Part shown: positions 26,012 to 35,195 of the stretch, one piece after another | How the letters are laid out: the number at the start of each line of letters is the position of its first letter | Position numbering within the stretch: the first letter of the stretch is position 1 | Program-made: the position numbers and the translations under genes | The notes under the pieces: generated by a model | What the model saw: the letters and a program-made list of their open reading frames with translations, nothing else | Database searches by the model: none | Told to the model about the DNA's origin: nothing | Sequence record: PP944860.1 | Source: Escherichia phage AN_ECEAS | Length of the DNA stretch: 48,081 nt | Strand: one strand, 5' to 3'

Positions 26012-29000
26012 ATGCTTCCAGTAGAGCGCTTAGTGGCAAACTTTGATCAAGAGAAAATCAAACAGATTCAGAAAGATTACCAGTTTGGAGACATAACTCC
26101 TTACGAATTCCAGTGTGTAACATTTGACGCAATTGGTAAGGCTATTGGTAAGTACGAGGCTCCATTCATCGCAGACCTGTCTGTATCTGCTGGTAAAACA
26201 ATAATTCTTGCCATGATTGGGAAAAGAATGGAGCAACTTGGACTTCCTTATATGGTACTGTCTCGCCAGTCAGAGATTATCAGCCAGAACGCAGAGGAAC
26301 TCCGTAACTTCGGTATCCGTAATAGCGTCTATTGCGCTGGACTTAACGTTAAATCAGTTTACTACCCAACCATAGTGGCTAGTGAGGGTACAGCTGCCAA
26401 TGGCCTGTTTAAGGGGCTTGGTGACTATGTTCCTGCTGTTATCGCGATAGATGAGTGCTTAACTGGAGACACGATGATAACCACCGATTCAGGGATGATG
26501 AGGATTGATAGCGAAGACCTTATCAATCATAAAATAAAATGCATAAACGAAAGCACTGGTGATTACTTCTATCATAAGCCAAAAAGAGTTTTTACTAATG
26601 GTGTAAGACATGTATCATCAATTAAATTAGAAAGCGGAGAGGAAATAAAATGCACGAGTACACACAAACTTTATTCGAACGGCTGCTGGGTAGGAGCGGG
26701 AAAACTTCGTATTGGGATGAATCTGTCGCTAGACGGCTCGCAGGACAAATTTACGAAAAAGCTCCTGCGTGCAAGTGTGGCTGTGGTGAAAAAGTTATGC
26801 CGCATTCAAGCAAGGGGTTAGGCGTACTTCTTAAGAACCCTTTCGATTTCTATTTGGATTACAGAACGGGGCATCATAATTCAACCGTCAACCCATCAAT
26901 GGAGGTTGATGACTTTTTACATCAAAACATTCTTGCGGCAATGGCTGGTGATGGTTGCTTGATTAAAAATACAGAAAAAGGAACGCATAGGCTATCTTGG
27001 AATATGGGAAATAAGGAGCACGCACTAAGCAAGGTTGAAAGGTTTGCAAAACTAAACCCTAGATACAGGGAGAAGAAAAACCCTGGATTTGGCGACAACT
27101 GGTTTTGCGTATCAACATCATGTACGAAAGTTCTGGATTCATATGCTGATAAGTACGGAAATTCTAAGGATGGTTACGATATTGGAAAGATATGCAGAGA
27201 GCTTGATCCAGTTGGTTGGGCTGCTTACTTTGGTGATGATGGTCATTGCACTGTAAGCTCAGGGAAGAGGGTTGTAGAAATCCACACCGAATCATTTAGC
27301 AGGCGTGAAGTTCAATCAGTAGTTGATGCGCTAATAGCATTTATTGCTAATGACGGAGTTAATGTTAGAAGCTATATTGGCGGCAAGAAAAAGAGAGAGC
27401 TTTACTCAGTATCAATAACAACGAGGTCGGCACAAGATGAGTTTTTTAAGAGAATTAGTAAGCACATGGAAAATGGCGTGGAATACAAAATCAAGCAAAA
27501 TTAAAGACATCTCACCCATTGGCAAGGAACTTGTTTGGGATATAGAGATGCCTGAGCACCATAATTTCATTGCTGACGGGGTCGTGGCACATAATTGCCA
27601 CATGGTGGACCATATGGATATCGTAGAAGCTGAAGAGAATGAGGAAACATTCGAGCAGATGAGCACGAAGAAGGGTGAGATGGTCTTTAAGGATGGTGTG
27701 AATACCGGGCTTCTTGGCACTGGTCGCGCGCAATACACGTTAATCATTACCGAAATGAAGCGTCGATGCAAGGAGAAGTACGGTCGCGAACTTCGTATCT
27801 TTGGGTTAACTGGTAGCCCGTACCGTAACAACGACCACATTGTAGTTAGTAACCCAAATGTCCGTGGATTCTGGCGCAAAACTGTAATGCAAGTGCCAAC
27901 CAGCTACCTTGTTGACTTGGGGTTCGTTGTTCCTACTGTCTACGGTGAAGTTGGTGATTTGGGCTACGACCTTAGTGAGTTCACTCCTGATGGAAGTGAT
28001 GGGGTTAAGGACTTCAGCAAGAAAGAAATGGATGCGATGGCTGCAAAGATTCACGAAAACCAAACGATGACACAAAAGATAATGGGATTTGCTGCTAGGT
28101 TTATGGAAACAAGGAATGCTGCATTGGTAACTTGCGCTGGCAAACAGCATTGCGAGGAGGCGGCAGCCGCACTTCCAGAAGGTGTTACTTGGGCGATAGT
28201 TACCAACTCCACTGGTGATAAGAAGCGTAGAGAGATACTTGAGAAGGCAGCCAGCGGAGAATATAAGTTCATATTTCAGATTGGTTGCCTCACAACTGGC
28301 GTAAACTGCCCCCCGTGGGATACAAGCATTATCCTGAGGAAGGTTGGTAGCATTACTCTACTCATTCAGTTGCTTGGTCGTGGTATGCGTATCCTTAAGA
28401 AGAAGCACAAAGAAGCTGGAATGGTAAAAGATGACCATGTTGTTCTTGATTTTGCCGGGACGCTTGACGATATGGCAGAACTCTACTTCGACCCAATTAT
28501 AGAAGAGGTTCAGGACCAGAAGTTTAAGTCATCCAGGAAAGGGGGTGATGAACCAAGAATTTGCCCAGCATGTTCTTATGAGAATTCTCCTTTCGCACGG
28601 CGCTGTAATAATGTGATTGACGGTAAACGATGCGAGCATTTTTTTCAGTTCCGTCTTTGCGAAGATATTGAGGACCCGCAGACGAAAGTTATCGTTAAGA
28701 AAGGTTGCGGAGAGAAAAATGACGTTGCAGCAAAGAACTGCCGCTGCTGCGGAGAGATGCTGATAGACCCAAATGCAAAGCTATCTGGAAAAATGTATCG
28801 GAAAGGGGACTGGTTGAGAGTTTATGACTTCAAGATTGGGTTGACAAAAAACCAGTCAGGGATCGTTGCTTCATATGAGGTAATGGCTCATAGTGGAGAT
28901 AAGTTCCGAGCTTATGAAACATTCTTCCCGGAGTCAGACCATCGTGTTTGTTCTGTCAAATGGAAGGCGTTTTGCTCAACTCACATCGAGAACAGGACTG

Positions 29001-29146
29001 AGGCTTTTAGGATTGGCAGATTGCGTAATGCTAAAATGATTATGACAAATGCACATCTTTTCCGTGCGCCGCTAAGGATTACGCACCGCAAGAATCAGAA
29101 GTCGCAAGATATTATCGCCAACAAATCATTTACGATGGAGGATTGA
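26012..29146 (+). CDS. SF2 DNA helicase interrupted by an intein in motif II (exteins 26012-26455 and 27596-29146)
   Basis: Walker A SVSAGKT; DE|CH box restored on splicing; motif VI QLLGRGMR; C-terminal zinc ribbons; reading frame is not continuous through the intein. Confidence 0.7.
26456..27595 (+). mobile_element. intein with LAGLIDADG homing-endonuclease domain (endonuclease domain in a different frame)
   Basis: N-terminal CLTGDT and block B TSTH; C-terminal ...HNFIADGVVAHN followed by Cys; two LAGLIDADG-like motifs ILAAMAGDGCL and WAAYFGDDGHC in ORF 26650..27504. Confidence 0.75.
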
Positions 29147-29147
29147 T

Positions 29148-29567
29148 ATGAAAATCACAGACAAAGGTGATTACCTCGAGTTCTATGGCGGACCGGTGAA
29201 GTCATGCCCAAAGGAAGACGATGAACAAATCTTCTGCTCTGATTGGGTGAAATACAACTATCCGCAGATTGTTTACTGGCACACGATTAACGAAAATAAA
29301 AAGAGCATTGGTCAAGCAATAAAAGACCAAGCCAAGGGGCTTCTCAAAGGTGTGTCAGACTGCTTATTTCTGATACCTGAGTCATTGCGTGGCGGTTATC
29401 CATTTGGCGCCATAGAGTTAAAGAGGGCTGGTAAAACGCAAGCAAGCCCAGTTAGCAATGAGCAAAAGTCATTCCTAAAAAGCGTAAGGGAATCAGGCGG
29501 TTTCGCAGCGGTGGCTTATGGAAGAGAGGGTTTTCTTGCGGCATTCGCAGAGATGATAAGAAAATAG
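29148..29567 (+). CDS. putative VRR-NUC-type nuclease
   Basis: 139 aa with ...GAIELKRAG... motif; coupled to helicase stop. Confidence 0.4.
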   Translation: MKITDKGDYLEFYGGPVKSCPKEDDEQIFCSDWVKYNYPQIVYWHTINENKKSIGQAIKDQAKGLLKGVSDCLFLIPESLRGGYPFGAIELKRAGKTQASPVSNEQKSFLKSVRESGGFAAVAYGREGFLAAFAEMIRK

Positions 29568-29582
29568 CACGAATTGCTAAAG
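29564..29582 (+). promoter_or_regulatory. dyad-motif promoter element ATAGCACGAATTGCTAAAG
   Basis: Overlaps stop of 29148..29567; TATTAT and CATCGAAACG follow; upstream of 29646. Confidence 0.6.
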
Positions 29583-29645
29583 ACGAATTGGTGAGTTGGT
29601 GTATTATCAACTCATCGAAACGAAACAAAGAGAGAGATAAATAAA

Positions 29646-29834
29646 ATGAAAGACATTATTACTAAAGAATCCCAAAGCTACTACGCCTCATACTATGAGA
29701 CAGTTAATGGTTTTAAATTTATTGATATAGAGCAAGGTGGAAACGCCGTTACGCTAACTAGCGAAAAAGATTTAAATGACATGATTTCGTTCTTAGAAAA
29801 AGTGAAAGAGCATTTAAATAGCACGAATTGCTAA
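29646..29834 (+). CDS. hypothetical protein
   Basis: Own dyad-motif promoter; RBS AGAGAGA; C-terminus NSTNC encoded by the next promoter motif. Confidence 0.45.
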   Translation: MKDIITKESQSYYASYYETVNGFKFIDIEQGGNAVTLTSEKDLNDMISFLEKVKEHLNSTNC

Positions 29835-29836
29835 AG
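29818..29836 (+). promoter_or_regulatory. dyad-motif promoter element ATAGCACGAATTGCTAAAG
   Basis: TATAGT 29856-29861, CATCGAAAC with predicted +1 near 29868; motif also encodes NSTNC* of upstream ORF. Confidence 0.6.
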
Positions 29837-29895
29837 AGATTTCGCAGGGACGCGATATAGTTACTCCATCGAAACAAAACGCAGAGAGAAAGAAA

Positions 29896-30084
29896 ATGGC
29901 TACTATCTATACTGGTAAATTCTACGAATCACGCAAGACTGGTTACGAATATGAATTAGTAATTACAGATGACGGTTATGCTCTTGATGATGGTGAAGGA
30001 TACGCATTTGAAGTTAGCCCAACTTACAAATATGATCTGGAAACTGTTAAAAACGAATTCGGCGAAAAATTTGATGAGGTATAA
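29896..30084 (+). CDS. hypothetical protein
   Basis: Own dyad-motif promoter; RBS AGAGAGAAAG. Confidence 0.45.
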   Translation: MATIYTGKFYESRKTGYEYELVITDDGYALDDGEGYAFEVSPTYKYDLETVKNEFGEKFDEV

Positions 30085-30089
30085 GAGTA

Positions 30090-30311
30090 ATGGCAATTTT
30101 AACATTTGACAAACAATGGGAACTATTTCAGGCAATGGGGGTTCAGGAGCTACACAATGCTGGTTATAAAGGTAACTCATGGTTTTTAGCAGGATGCCTT
30201 GATTACAGCTTTGAAGAAGATTACTTGCGAACGGACATCGAAACATGGCGCGAACGCATGGTTGCAGACATTGCGGAAATGAAAAAAGATTGCCCGGAGG
30301 ATTTTGAATAA
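30090..30311 (+). CDS. hypothetical protein
   Basis: ORF in tightly packed operon. Confidence 0.4.
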   Translation: MAILTFDKQWELFQAMGVQELHNAGYKGNSWFLAGCLDYSFEEDYLRTDIETWRERMVADIAEMKKDCPEDFE

Positions 30312-30436
30312 TGAAAATCTTAGATAAGGAGATGTTCGAAATTGCACAGACTTATGCAAATGAAGCAGTTAAAACCGGATCAGAATATTGTTGGATGTGT
30401 GCTAAAGAATATCTGAAAATGGCTTATGACTTATGA
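30311..30436 (+). CDS. hypothetical small protein (41 aa)
   Basis: ATG 30311 with RBS GGAGG; overlaps both neighbours by 1-4 nt. Confidence 0.3.
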   Translation: MKILDKEMFEIAQTYANEAVKTGSEYCWMCAKEYLKMAYDL

Positions 30437-30681
30437 TAGTTGAAACCGGACGCGCCGCAGTTTGGGCGCATTGCGGAGAGGCGGGATTGCAGGATGACAT
30501 CAAGAAAATATCTAAATACTTCGATATTCAAGAAATCAGCGTTGTCTACGGCGGTAAGTTTTCATATATACAAGATCGTCCAAGGAAATATGTAAGAGTT
30601 AAACCAGGTGCCAGGATTGATGTTAACGAGTTCCTTAAATCTGAGGGATTCAAGTTTAAGATAACGAAGCATAAGGATTAA
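30433..30681 (+). CDS. hypothetical protein
   Basis: ORF, translationally coupled. Confidence 0.4.
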   Translation: MIVETGRAAVWAHCGEAGLQDDIKKISKYFDIQEISVVYGGKFSYIQDRPRKYVRVKPGARIDVNEFLKSEGFKFKITKHKD

Positions 30682-30683
30682 TC

Positions 30684-30830
30684 ATGAAGCCACACGAATA
30701 TTCAGCATTGGTTAACGGGTTACTTGAGGTTTCTATAAAATTCAAGGATACGCAGCAGTTAAGGGAGCAGCTATCACGAGAACTCTCAAGGCATGGTATT
30801 AGACCGAGTCATAAGATGGAAAAGGATTGA
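30684..30830 (+). CDS. hypothetical small protein (48 aa)
   Basis: ATG 30684 after RBS AAGGA; fills gap between flanking genes. Confidence 0.3.
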   Translation: MKPHEYSALVNGLLEVSIKFKDTQQLREQLSRELSRHGIRPSHKMEKD

Positions 30831-30832
30831 GC

Positions 30833-31084
30833 ATGTTGGGTTTAGATTTTCAGCCGGAGCATTACGATTTAGTATATGGTCAAAGTGGTGCGAAGTTTAG
30901 AGCGATACCTATTTCTGACTGGTTTCCTCCTGACTACGTGGATGTTAATGCGAAGACGAAGGATGGTAAATGGGTACAGATTTACTATTCCCCAGCGTGC
31001 GGGAATCTCTGCATGACAGACCTGGACCAGAAATTAGAAATTAGTGCAGATTTAATTGATTACTGGTTGAAAGAGGTTGTATGA
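30833..31084 (+). CDS. hypothetical protein
   Basis: ATG 30833 with RBS AAAGGA. Confidence 0.4.
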   Translation: MLGLDFQPEHYDLVYGQSGAKFRAIPISDWFPPDYVDVNAKTKDGKWVQIYYSPACGNLCMTDLDQKLEISADLIDYWLKEVV

Positions 31085-31155
31085 AGTACACAGCCCTAGT
31101 AGCATTAGTACCACTGTTTAGCTTTACTATCTTATATTTTATTGTGATGAACTAA
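31081..31155 (+). CDS. possible 24-aa hydrophobic peptide
   Basis: ATGA overlap with upstream gene; entirely hydrophobic; speculative. Confidence 0.2.
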   Translation: MKYTALVALVPLFSFTILYFIVMN

Positions 31156-31165
31156 GGACTTAAAA

Positions 31166-32299
31166 ATGGCAGCATCAAAGATTACAAATGAACAGCTTAT
31201 CGAAGAGCTGAAAAGCGGCCTGACTAACAAGGCAATTGCAGAGAAGTACGGCATGAATATTCGCAACGTTGAGCTTCGTCGCAGTAAGTTGGCTAAGAGT
31301 GGTATTGGGCATGGTAATGAAGGTATCAAGAAGCTAGTTCCTGACGGTTATTTAGTCAAGGGCACCTCAACAATGATTGATGCGGAAGGGAATGAGAAGC
31401 TGCGTTGGGTTAAGACTTCGATTGATGCTGAGAAGCAAGAAGAGATGCTTCAGCAGATTGTTAAGGCTCTTACAGACGAGGTTCCTCGCGAGACTCCAAA
31501 GCCACTCAGTGAATCAAGCTATGAAGATACATTGAGTCTCTACCCTGTATTTGATATGCACATTGGCGCAATGGCTCACCATGCAGAGTGTGGGGAGAAC
31601 TACAGTACAGAAATTGCAGAGCGAGTGCTTAACCAATACTTTGATTATGCAGTTGCTAAGGCCCCGAATTCATCAAAAGCCGTATTACTGATTGGTGGAG
31701 ACTTCCTTCACTCGGATGGAATGGAAGCTGTAACTCCAACCAGCAAGCACGTACTTGATCAAGATAGCCGTTATCATAAACTTGTCTACGTAGCTGTTCG
31801 TGCAACTCGCCGCGCCGTCAGTAAGATGCTTGACAAGCATAAAGAGGTTGAGGTTCAGATTATACCAGGCAACCACGACCTTTCTGGGATGATTTGGCTT
31901 CGAGCTGCAATGGCTGCCTTCTACATGGATGAGCCTCGTGTAAATGTTGATGCCTCACCAGCCGCTCTTCACGTGACGGAGTTTGGTAAAACATTGTTGG
32001 GTTACTGCCATGGTCATGAATTGCGAAAGCCTGACACTCGTCTTTCAACTCTTGCGCGCGACCATCGCAAAGCATTTGGTAATGCTGAATACGTTTATAC
32101 ACATAGTGGCCATTATCATCATCAGACGGTTACTGAGGGTAATCTTGGAATTGATGAGTCACACGGTCAGTTGGGTGCTAAAGATGCGTACAGCGCAAAC
32201 GGAGGGTATCGCTCTTATCGTCAGGCCTCAGTAATTATCTATAGCTCAGAGTACGGTGAAGTTGGTCGATTCACTTGCCGACCTGAAATGTTTAAGTAA
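31166..32299 (+). CDS. HTH domain fused to calcineurin-like metallophosphoesterase
   Basis: N-terminal LTNKAIAEKYGMNIRNVELRRSKL; phosphoesterase motifs DMH, GGDFLHSD, GNHD, GHE, GHYHH. Confidence 0.55.
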   Translation: MAASKITNEQLIEELKSGLTNKAIAEKYGMNIRNVELRRSKLAKSGIGHGNEGIKKLVPDGYLVKGTSTMIDAEGNEKLRWVKTSIDAEKQEEMLQQIVKALTDEVPRETPKPLSESSYEDTLSLYPVFDMHIGAMAHHAECGENYSTEIAERVLNQYFDYAVAKAPNSSKAVLLIGGDFLHSDGMEAVTPTSKHVLDQDSRYHKLVYVAVRATRRAVSKMLDKHKEVEVQIIPGNHDLSGMIWLRAAMAAFYMDEPRVNVDASPAALHVTEFGKTLLGYCHGHELRKPDTRLSTLARDHRKAFGNAEYVYTHSGHYHHQTVTEGNLGIDESHGQLGAKDAYSANGGYRSYRQASVIIYSSEYGEVGRFTCRPEMFK

Positions 32300-32317
32300 T
32301 AGCACTTTTTGTTAATA
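32299..32317 (+). promoter_or_regulatory. dyad-motif promoter element ATAGCACTTTTTGTTAATA
   Basis: Between metallophosphoesterase and HAD phosphatase genes. Confidence 0.5.
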
Positions 32318-32372
32318 AAGCCTCAAAGGATTGAGGCAAAATGAATAAACGATAACGATATGAGGAGTTGTA

Positions 32373-32846
32373 ATGATTTACGTGTTTGATATTGATGGAA
32401 CTGTTGCTAACAATGAACATAGAAGCCACCTCTTACCATCTAGTGACCTTCACTTGACTTCAAGTTGGAGTGATTACAATAGAGCCTGTTCTGGAGATTC
32501 ACCGATAATCCCAATGATAAACATGATGAATGCGTTAGCTGAGTTATCGCCAGTTTACATCATGACTTCAAGAAGTGACGAAGTCGAATGTATGACGCTT
32601 GAATGGCTTCAGTATAATAATATTAATTATGATGGAATATATATGAGGAGTAGATTGGATAACAGAAATGACTATATCATTAAAGAGATGTGGCTAAATG
32701 ATTTGTGTAATGGTGACAAAGCAAGTGTGATAATCTTTGAGGATAATCCTAATGTTATCAGTCACCTAAGGAATTGCGGATATACTGTAATGTCAGTTTG
32801 TGAATATAAAGAATTACCAAAAGACTGCGAATCTCACGGAGAATAA
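32373..32846 (+). CDS. HAD-family phosphatase
   Basis: N-terminal FDIDGT (DxDGT); AT-rich composition; RBS GAGGAG. Confidence 0.5.
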   Translation: MIYVFDIDGTVANNEHRSHLLPSSDLHLTSSWSDYNRACSGDSPIIPMINMMNALAELSPVYIMTSRSDEVECMTLEWLQYNNINYDGIYMRSRLDNRNDYIIKEMWLNDLCNGDKASVIIFEDNPNVISHLRNCGYTVMSVCEYKELPKDCESHGE

Positions 32847-32847
32847 A

Positions 32848-33402
32848 ATGAAAAAGTTAATCATCCTTAATGCACCCCCTGGTGCTGGAAAAGATACAGT
32901 TGCAGATATCATTGTTAATCTTGGAATTTGCAAGGATAAGGTTTCATTCAAGTCACCAATGTTTAATGTTGCAAAAGGAATACTATCAAGTGATGAGTTT
33001 GATGGATTTATTAATAATTACGATGACCGAGAGTACAAAGAATCACCACACGAATTTCTTGGTGGAATGACTGTTCGTGAATTTATGATTTGGATTAGCG
33101 AATCAGTTATGAAGCCAGTCTTTGGTGATGATGTTTTCGGCAAAAGGCTCACACAATCACTTGGTGATGGATGCTACATTTGTTCAGACGGTGGATTTGC
33201 GAGTGAAATCGAACCACTGATTGGCAACGGCGTTGAGGTTACATTGATTAGGCTTCACAGGCCTGGTTATACTTTCGAAGGAGATAGTAGGTCATACCTT
33301 AGTTGCGTCTGCGCAAGAGAGATTGATGTTGATGTTATTGAAGGTGATATTAAAAGAACTACAGAAAAAGTAATTAGTGCAATCAATAGCACGAATTGCT
33401 AA
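32848..33402 (+). CDS. P-loop kinase, probably deoxynucleoside monophosphate kinase
   Basis: N-terminal KKLIILNAPPGAGKDTVADII resembling T4 gp1-type dNMP kinase P-loop; RBS GGAG. Confidence 0.5.
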   Translation: MKKLIILNAPPGAGKDTVADIIVNLGICKDKVSFKSPMFNVAKGILSSDEFDGFINNYDDREYKESPHEFLGGMTVREFMIWISESVMKPVFGDDVFGKRLTQSLGDGCYICSDGGFASEIEPLIGNGVEVTLIRLHRPGYTFEGDSRSYLSCVCAREIDVDVIEGDIKRTTEKVISAINSTNC

Positions 33403-33404
33403 AC
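33386..33404 (+). promoter_or_regulatory. dyad-motif promoter element ATAGCACGAATTGCTAAAC
   Basis: AATAAT hexamer and CATCGAAAAC follow; upstream of 33461. Confidence 0.6.
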
Positions 33405-33460
33405 AATCACCTTAGAGATGCGGAATAATCAACACATCGAAAACAAGAGAGGATTCAAAA

Positions 33461-33634
33461 ATGACTAAATTATACTGCGTTAAAAACAACTCCAAGACAC
33501 TGCCTTTTACCGAGAGCCAACCTTATAGCGGAGAGTCGCTTGGAGATGGTTACTACAAGATTTACGGAGACGATATGACTCACATCCTTGCGCCGATTGA
33601 TGGCTCTTTGGTGGAATTTATTATCGCAGATTAA
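33461..33634 (+). CDS. hypothetical small protein (57 aa)
   Basis: Below track cutoff; dyad-motif promoter, RBS AGAGAGGA, terminator downstream; preferred over antisense ORF 33470..33703. Confidence 0.45.
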   Translation: MTKLYCVKNNSKTLPFTESQPYSGESLGDGYYKIYGDDMTHILAPIDGSLVEFIIAD

Positions 33635-33661
33635 CACATCAAAAACATAGATTTGCATGCG

Positions 33662-33687
33662 GGGGGCCTTTTGGCTCCCTTTTTTTT
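33662..33687 (+). terminator. rho-independent terminator upstream of lysis cassette
   Basis: GGGGGCC-TTTT-GGCTCCC stem-loop plus T8. Confidence 0.65.
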
Positions 33688-33761
33688 GCTTATAATTTGC
33701 CACCGCCTAATGTATGATATTTGCACTATGTATTGACAAATTAGGATTTAAAGGTGATCAC

Positions 33762-33977
33762 ATGAGGGAAGTAATTAACGCCGCCACGGCATCAACCGGC
33801 GGAGCCGCTGTAACTGGTGCCGCAACTGGTCAAATGACTATAGCAATAATCAGCCTTGTGGCTCTTGTTGTTTTCGGGCTGTGGGGAGCATATTGGAAGT
33901 TTAAGGACAGTCAGGCAATCAGGAAGGCTCTAGAGTCGGGTGATTTAAAGACAGCTATCAATATTAGGAGTAAGTAA
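33762..33977 (+). CDS. putative holin (single TM segment)
   Basis: TM segment MTIAIISLVALVVFGLWGAYW with charged C-terminus; directly upstream of endolysin. Confidence 0.5.
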   Translation: MREVINAATASTGGAAVTGAATGQMTIAIISLVALVVFGLWGAYWKFKDSQAIRKALESGDLKTAINIRSK

Positions 33978-34462
33978 TGAAGCAGAAGCTGGTAATTAGT
34001 GCAGCGACGGCTGTGGCAATATACATCGCAGCGCCGATTATTGAGCTAGTAGAAGGTGTGGAATACAAGCCTTACATGGACATTGCAGGCATTCCTACGG
34101 TTTGTTCAGGTATCACTGGTCCTGATGTGGTGTGGGGTAAAAAGTACAGTGCAAGGGAGTGCAGGAACTTACTGGAGAAACACATCCAGATTCATGGAAA
34201 GTATGTGCAGGATGCAGTAACTTACCCAATCTCTCCACAGACAAGGGCGGCGTTAATCAGCTTTAGCTACAACGTTGGTGGCGCTGCAATGAGGAAGTCA
34301 ACGGCAGTAAGGCTGATTAATCAGGGCAAGATTGAAGAGGGTTGTAATGCTCTCGCCTCCTGGAATAAAGCTCGAGTAAATGGCAAGCTAAAAGTTGTTA
34401 AAGGCCTCGTTAACAGGCGCAACGAGGAGATTAAATTATGCTTAAGTGGGGTGGGTAAATGA
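33977..34462 (+). CDS. endolysin, lysozyme-type with N-terminal signal-anchor (SAR-like)
   Basis: Catalytic spacing E-x8-D-x5-T (ELVEGVEYKPYMDIAGIPTV); hydrophobic N-terminus ISAATAVAIYIAAPII. Confidence 0.7.
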   Translation: MKQKLVISAATAVAIYIAAPIIELVEGVEYKPYMDIAGIPTVCSGITGPDVVWGKKYSARECRNLLEKHIQIHGKYVQDAVTYPISPQTRAALISFSYNVGGAAMRKSTAVRLINQGKIEEGCNALASWNKARVNGKLKVVKGLVNRRNEEIKLCLSGVGK

Positions 34463-34845
34463 AGGCTGCGTTAATTGCTGCGGTAATTATACTTTCTGGT
34501 TGCTCGGCAACATCTGCGCTGACCGGGTTGATTGGTAGTAAGCCAGAGATTAGCGCTCAAGCAGGTGCGGAGAATAACAAGGTTGGAGTAGGGCTAACTA
34601 ATAAGGTTGATTCAAGTTCCAGCGCAAAGGCTGAAGTGAAGAACTCTAAGGTTGACACTCTTGATAGTTCAAGCGGTAAAAAGACTTCTGATAACTCAAT
34701 CAAGGCATCAACAATCACGGCTGAGAAGATTGAAATCACCAACAATGACTCGTCTGCAATCCCGTGGATTGGGAGTGGAATCATGTTTTGCGTCATCATC
34801 ATTCTGCTCTTAATGATATTCAGGAAAAACAAAAAAGCCCCGTAA
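34459..34845 (+). CDS. unimolecular spanin (lipoprotein signal plus C-terminal TM segment)
   Basis: N-terminal lipobox LSGC and C-terminal TM FCVIIILLLMIF in one polypeptide; last gene of lysis cassette. Confidence 0.6.
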   Translation: MKAALIAAVIILSGCSATSALTGLIGSKPEISAQAGAENNKVGVGLTNKVDSSSSAKAEVKNSKVDTLDSSSGKKTSDNSIKASTITAEKIEITNNDSSAIPWIGSGIMFCVIIILLLMIFRKNKKAP

Positions 34846-34859
34846 TGGGGCTATTTTTA
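34836..34859. terminator. bidirectional terminator between spanin gene and convergent minus-strand operon
   Basis: AGCCCC-GTAAT-GGGGCT stem-loop with A-run upstream and T-run downstream; includes spanin stop codon. Confidence 0.7.
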
Positions 34860-35192
34860 TGCAAACAATTCGTCATCACTCATGTTGGCTATGTTCATCA
34901 TCTCACTGACGTAATCACTGGACCTACCTTCAAGGCTCATGAATTCAAACTGAAATGGTCGCTTAATTGAACCCTTACACCAGTACACTCCATTAACTCC
35001 ATCAAGATAACCAGCCGTAAGCATTCTCGCCATAAACTCCTTCGAGCAACTTGAGGCAAAATACCTTTCATCAACCCCGGCAGCCTTGGCCATCCTTGCG
35101 CAATCCTTGTGCTTATAGATGAATCTTGCCAGGTGCTGGCGGTTGAAGTTCTTGTATCCTTCGCAGAAATTATACAGGTCGAGCAGGTACAT
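34857..35192 (-). CDS. hypothetical protein
   Basis: Last gene of leftward operon; convergent terminator shared with spanin. Confidence 0.45.
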   Translation of the reverse strand: MYLLDLYNFCEGYKNFNRQHLARFIYKHKDCARMAKAAGVDERYFASSCSKEFMARMLTAGYLDGVNGVYWCKGSIKRPFQFEFMSLEGRSSDYVSEMMNIANMSDDELFA

Positions 35193-35195
35193 AAA

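Noticed and set aside
33470-33703. Minus-strand 77-aa track ORF
   Set aside because: The + strand carries a promoter motif, RBS and a 57-aa ORF (33461..33634) ending at a terminator; the minus ORF runs through that terminator and lacks signals.
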